From Eledone cirrhosa (taxonomy: Eukaryota), in assembly GCA_964016885.1 (NCBI GenBank), contig OZ024748.1:18600001-18664000 (forward strand): 64,000 nt of DNA, read 5' to 3'. Under the pieces are notes generated by a model. It was given only the letters and a program-made list of their open reading frames with translations, searched no databases and was not told the DNA's origin. This document shows, in pieces, positions 59,546 to 64,000 of this stretch. The position numbers were made by a program, and so were the translations under genes. Numbering within the stretch: position 1 is the stretch's first letter; each line of letters starts with the position of its first letter.

Positions 59546-60270
59546 TGTTGAGTGTTTAACAAAATGCTTTATTTAGTTTTGTGCTACACTTAACCACTAA
59601 CCACTCCCATCCATACCACCACCACCACCACCACCACCACCAGCCAGTCCATACTGCCACCACCATCACTGCCAGCCAGTCCATACCGCCACCACCACCA
59701 CTGCCAACCAGTCCATACCACCACCAACCAGTCCCTATCACCACCACCACCACTACTGCCAGCCAGTCCTAACTACCATTACCCAGTCGAGTCCATACCA
59801 CCACCACATACAAAGGCTAAACATTGATCTCTGTTCTGTTATGTTTAGTTAGTGTTCCATTGAAAATGAACTGTAGTATAAATCTGGCAGTATGATATTG
59901 GATGTTCTACATTTTCTCTCTCCCTCCTCTCACGCTCTCTTTCACCCTCACTCACTGCCCCCCCCCCCCTCCTGTTGTACACTTGGAACTGTTTATATTC
60001 TGTTTTACCTTCACTTGCTTTTTACAAGTTTTACAGGATTAGCCAGAGAGGACTTGGTGTGGTGCAGTAACACTTTTCAAACAACTACCGTGTTACTAGC
60101 ATCTCTGTGCGTGTGTGCGCACACACATCTACAGAACCATGTGTTTACAAAGATACATCTTTTCATAAATACACATGCATACAAGCACACACGCACACAA
60201 GCATATATATATACATACATACACACCATCATTATCTTACATCCAATTTTCAAGATGTGTAAATAAACAT

Positions 60271-60305
<35 letters not shown>

Positions 60306-60343
60306 AACCCATGCTAGCGTGGAAAATGGATGTTAAATGATGA

Positions 60344-60382
<39 letters not shown>

Positions 60383-60989
60383 GTACACATACTTGCTTGT
60401 TTGTATGTATGTTTGTATTTATATATAAATGTACATACACATGACTGAATGTGTCTGTATATTCATATGTTTGGGTTACTATTACTTACCCTTCTTTTTC
60501 CAAAACAATTCATTTGATGTCATTGATTTTTATATATACTTCTCTCTCTTCCATTCCATTTCATTTCATTCTTATTGTTATCATTCAAAGTTATATTAAG
60601 ACTACATATAACATTCTGATAGAATGATCTGGAACTTGGCTATTGATAATGTTCGTGTTTTTGTTTTTGGTGAGAGGTGGGAGAGAACCATTATTGAATG
60701 TTTGACACAGAGGTCCCATTTAGGCCTGTATTTATTGCAGCAGTTAAGTCGTTAATGTTTGTGGACAAATGACCTGAGGTCATTGGATTGAAAATATTTT
60801 TATAGCATTTCATTGTGGCCGCAGCATGACTTCAAAATCAATCACAATATTCCCAGATTCAATCTCACACTGTGATATTATTAATAATCAATTGTAAGTT
60901 ATCTAATGTTAGACTTTCTAGTTGTTTACTGGTTAAGATAGTTTTGTAAGGACACACTGGCTGTATTTTACACAACATGGCTGAATGGG

Positions 60990-61475
60990 TGTGTTTGTTA
61001 TGATGGTTATAAAGTTTCATAGTTAACCATTGGACAGGCCCTGTCATGATGACTATAATGTCTCATGTTTAACCCTACTGTGTGTGAGATAATGGGTATG
61101 ATTGTTATGATGGTTATACAATCTCATGATTAACCACACTGTGTGTGAGATCTTGGACAGGACATGTTATGATGACTATAAAGTCTCATGTTTAACCCTT
61201 TAGGATTTACATTACTCTATATTTACTATTGTATTTTCACAGTAAAGGCTTTACCTCACATAATATTGAATCTGATATTTTGATGATGTTATTTTATATT
61301 TTGAGAAAAATACCTTAACATTAGTATGAGCAACTGGTTTGAAAGAGATGAGAGAGTTCTGGTTGGATATGGCTAGTTTAAATGCTAAAGGGTTAACCCC
61401 ACTGTGTATGAGATCTTGGACAGGACATGTTATGATGACTGTAAAGTCTCATGGTGGGAGATCTTGTACAGGACA
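60990..61475. repeat. ~55-60-bp minisatellite interrupted by a MITE
   Basis: GTTATGATGACTATAAAGTCTCATGTTTAACCC.ACTGTGTGTGAGAT units. Confidence 0.75.
61196..61392. mobile_element. TTAA-flanked MITE (piggyBac-like)
   Basis: TTAA|CCCTTTAG...CTAAAGGG|TTAA; neighbouring repeat units show the empty site. Confidence 0.85.
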
Positions 61476-61662
61476 GTGTCATCTGTTACAGCTGCAAGTC
61501 AATACATGCCTAATGAGCGAAATTTGGTAGAAATTGTATAGAAGCCTGTCATATTGATTATAGCTGAAGGTCAGCTTTGACACACACTGTGTCATACTGA
61601 ATCTCCCTGAGAATTACATTAAGGTGCATGTGTCTGTCAAATGCCTCAGTCACTTATACTAT

Positions 61663-61845
61663 AATTGTTTCTACATTTGGCACAAGGCCATCATTTACCC
61701 CAGTGCATTACTGGTACCTTATTTTATCGACCCTGTAAAGATGAAAGGCAAAGCTAACCTCGGTGGAATTTGAACTCAGATCGTAAAGGGCCGTAACTCT
61801 ATGCTGCAAAGCATGGTGTCCGACTCTCTACCGATGCTGCCAATC
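61663..61845 (-). mobile_element. SINE family B
   Basis: Reverse complement of the consensus, full length. Confidence 0.85.
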
Positions 61846-61968
61846 ATACTATAATACAAGATGGACTGTACCAGTAATTCAAAGGGTCAACCTTGACACT
61901 GTGTCACAGCACTTTCCCTTCAACTAAACATGTACAAGTGTGAACCATCACAACACAATCCCATAGAG

Positions 61969-62660
61969 CAAAGGTTCTCAACGGAGGGCATATGCACCCG
62001 GGGGGGGGGGGGGCGTTTCGGAACTCCAGGGGGGCGTTTGGGAGCAAGGTCACGTTAGGGGGGAGGGTTGAAGCTGGGAGAGGGGGGTTGAGGGGGCGCT
62101 GGAAGGCTCTTTATTTTGGTAAGTTTTATAAGCCATATTTGTATGTCTTTGAGACAGCCAGTCTGAATGCATTTGAATGAGCTTGCAGACAGCATGACTA
62201 TAGTCTGACCGCAGCTGTGAGCAGGTGTGTCCGGTAATTGAGATCCTAAAAATGGAAAAACTCACAGTCAACTGGGTCAAAGACACTTTGAGTGCAACCA
62301 GTTAGAATCTTATCTTTCCTTCACCGATAACAATGTATTTCATGTCTGAAATTATTGACTCAACCGTAACGAGTTAACACTATGTAGATCTATTTTATTC
62401 CCTATTGTATAAATAATATTACAAATAAAAAAAGAAAAGAAAAAACAGAAACGAGTAGCACACACATCTAGGATCACATGCAACACATAATCAGATAATA
62501 CACACATCTAGAACCACATACAACACAATCAGATAATACACACATCTTTGGAATATTGTTAATCAATTTTTTAGTAATCTACTGATACAAAAATCAGTAG
62601 TTTCATGATTTCGAGGGACAAAAGGGGGGGCGTTTGGCCTAAATGGGTTGAGAACCTGTG
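61969..62660. mobile_element. Non-autonomous hAT (Charlie-like) element
   Basis: TIRs CAAAGGTTCTCAAC / GTTGAGAACCTGTG; perfect 8-bp TSD CCATAGAG (61961-61968, 62661-62668). Confidence 0.92.
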
Positions 62661-63329
62661 CCATAGAGTACAACTATATATAAATTTCTGCGATTCTGTC
62701 ACATGTAAAGAGAGAGGAGTAGTTTGATTCTCTCTTTACGTCCACTGCCTGTGTGAATGTGTGTGTGTGTAAAAGGAAAGAAGGGGCTGGTGAAAAAACT
62801 ATGCTGTGTGTGAGTGTGTGTGTGTTTGTATGGATGTATGTGTGTGTTTATTTTTGTACGTTTATATTTATATACTCATACATATAAATGTATGCATATG
62901 CACACACACACACATACACACACACATATGCGTCAGCGTATGTAAAAAAATTCCAGTACAACAAAATTATATAAGACATTAATTGATAACAATATAATCT
63001 TCTATATAGAATTGCACATGAAGCAAGACAAACAATTATGGAGGCTCTACTGATATCAGAAAATAAAGCAAAACTGAACACAGATAATAAACATATGGCT
63101 TACGGAGCCCACACACACATACATATACATATGGGTGGTTTTGTTGCATAGAACCAGAGCTGGGTTTGATCAGGTTGGCATCAAAATTATTAATGGCTCC
63201 CTCTATCATGATTTATGAACATGTGTGTACATGTTATGTTAGAAATTATTATTTTAAACAAACAAAGGGAAGAGGGTAATGCTGGGGGTGAGATTTGGAG
63301 TAGAGTTGCAGTAGGGTGTTGATTAGAAA

Positions 63330-63606
63330 GTTTGAGATCACAGCTCTGATATTACAAACATGTGATTAGAATGTCTCAGGAAAGAATTGCTGGACAGATT
63401 TTGCAGGCAAAATCAAATGGTAGGAGACCCAGTGGTTGACCACAAGCAAGGTGGTTGGCTAACATCTATAAGCTCCACTGGTCTCCTTTGGGAATCCAGC
63501 TGTATTAATTGGAGACAGTTGCTTCTGACAGGACCCACTGGAAGGTGTATTTGAGGACTTTTGCCCCCTTGACCCTCTCAGGAATAAGTGGGTGAAGAAG
63601 AAGAAA
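63330..63606 (+). mobile_element. Old RTE-clade 3' fragment with (GAA)n tail
   Basis: HVIRMSQERIAGQIL..GRRP remnant; homologous to 21972-22250. Confidence 0.8.
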
Positions 63607-64000
63607 AAAAACAGTTCCGTGTTCAACTCCTGCTAAAGTTTGACTTTGCCTTTCATTCCTTTGGGAAGTTCTATAAATAAGTACCAATGATGTACTGGAG
63701 AGGGGCTGGGATTGGTTTATTAAATTGACTACACCTGCTCCCAGTTCCTTTCTAACAAAACATTGTGGCAATGTGCCAAATTAAGATATTATTCTTTAAC
63801 AAATGGGAATTAAAAAAACATGTGATCCCTATCTACTTCTTTATAATGGTGAAGAGAGCAGAGAGGGGGAGTAATTATTATTATTTACTACTACTACTAA
63901 TTATCATTTATAGTTGTTATTGTTATTTATTACTATTGTTAACATCATTATTATTATTATTATTGAATGCCATGGTTGACGGAGGCTCGGCTCTATAAGG

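Noticed and set aside
59162-59576. Repetitive 11-aa-unit ORFs
   Set aside because: Translation of the SINE-derived 33-bp array.

Overview
AT-rich, repeat-dominated animal (not prokaryotic) DNA. The (TA)n load and SINE/LINE types suggest a coleoid cephalopod such as Octopus; this is inference. The only convincing proteins are transposon-derived. These are a 5'-truncated RTE-clade LINE (55152-58030; APE + RT, one frameshift), a second RTE 3' half (11202-12429), older RTE and CRE-like fragments, and a mariner derivative with an internal inversion. Also present: a hAT element with a perfect 8-bp TSD, TTAA MITEs, three SINE/SINE-like families, and several satellites grown out of SINE parts. All very long Y/I/C/V/H/T-rich ORFs are microsatellite artefacts. 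One possible host first exon and promoter lies on the minus strand near 3.6-4.0 kb. The most interesting signal is a dispersed set of short non-coding elements in or beside (TA)n tracts. They carry minimal type I hammerhead ribozyme motifs (about a dozen, intact to degenerate). Many are folded back into long inverted repeats, including a 439-bp palindrome with a hammerhead on each strand. Both RTE copies also carry a C4HC3 PHD-type finger inserted inside the RT region.
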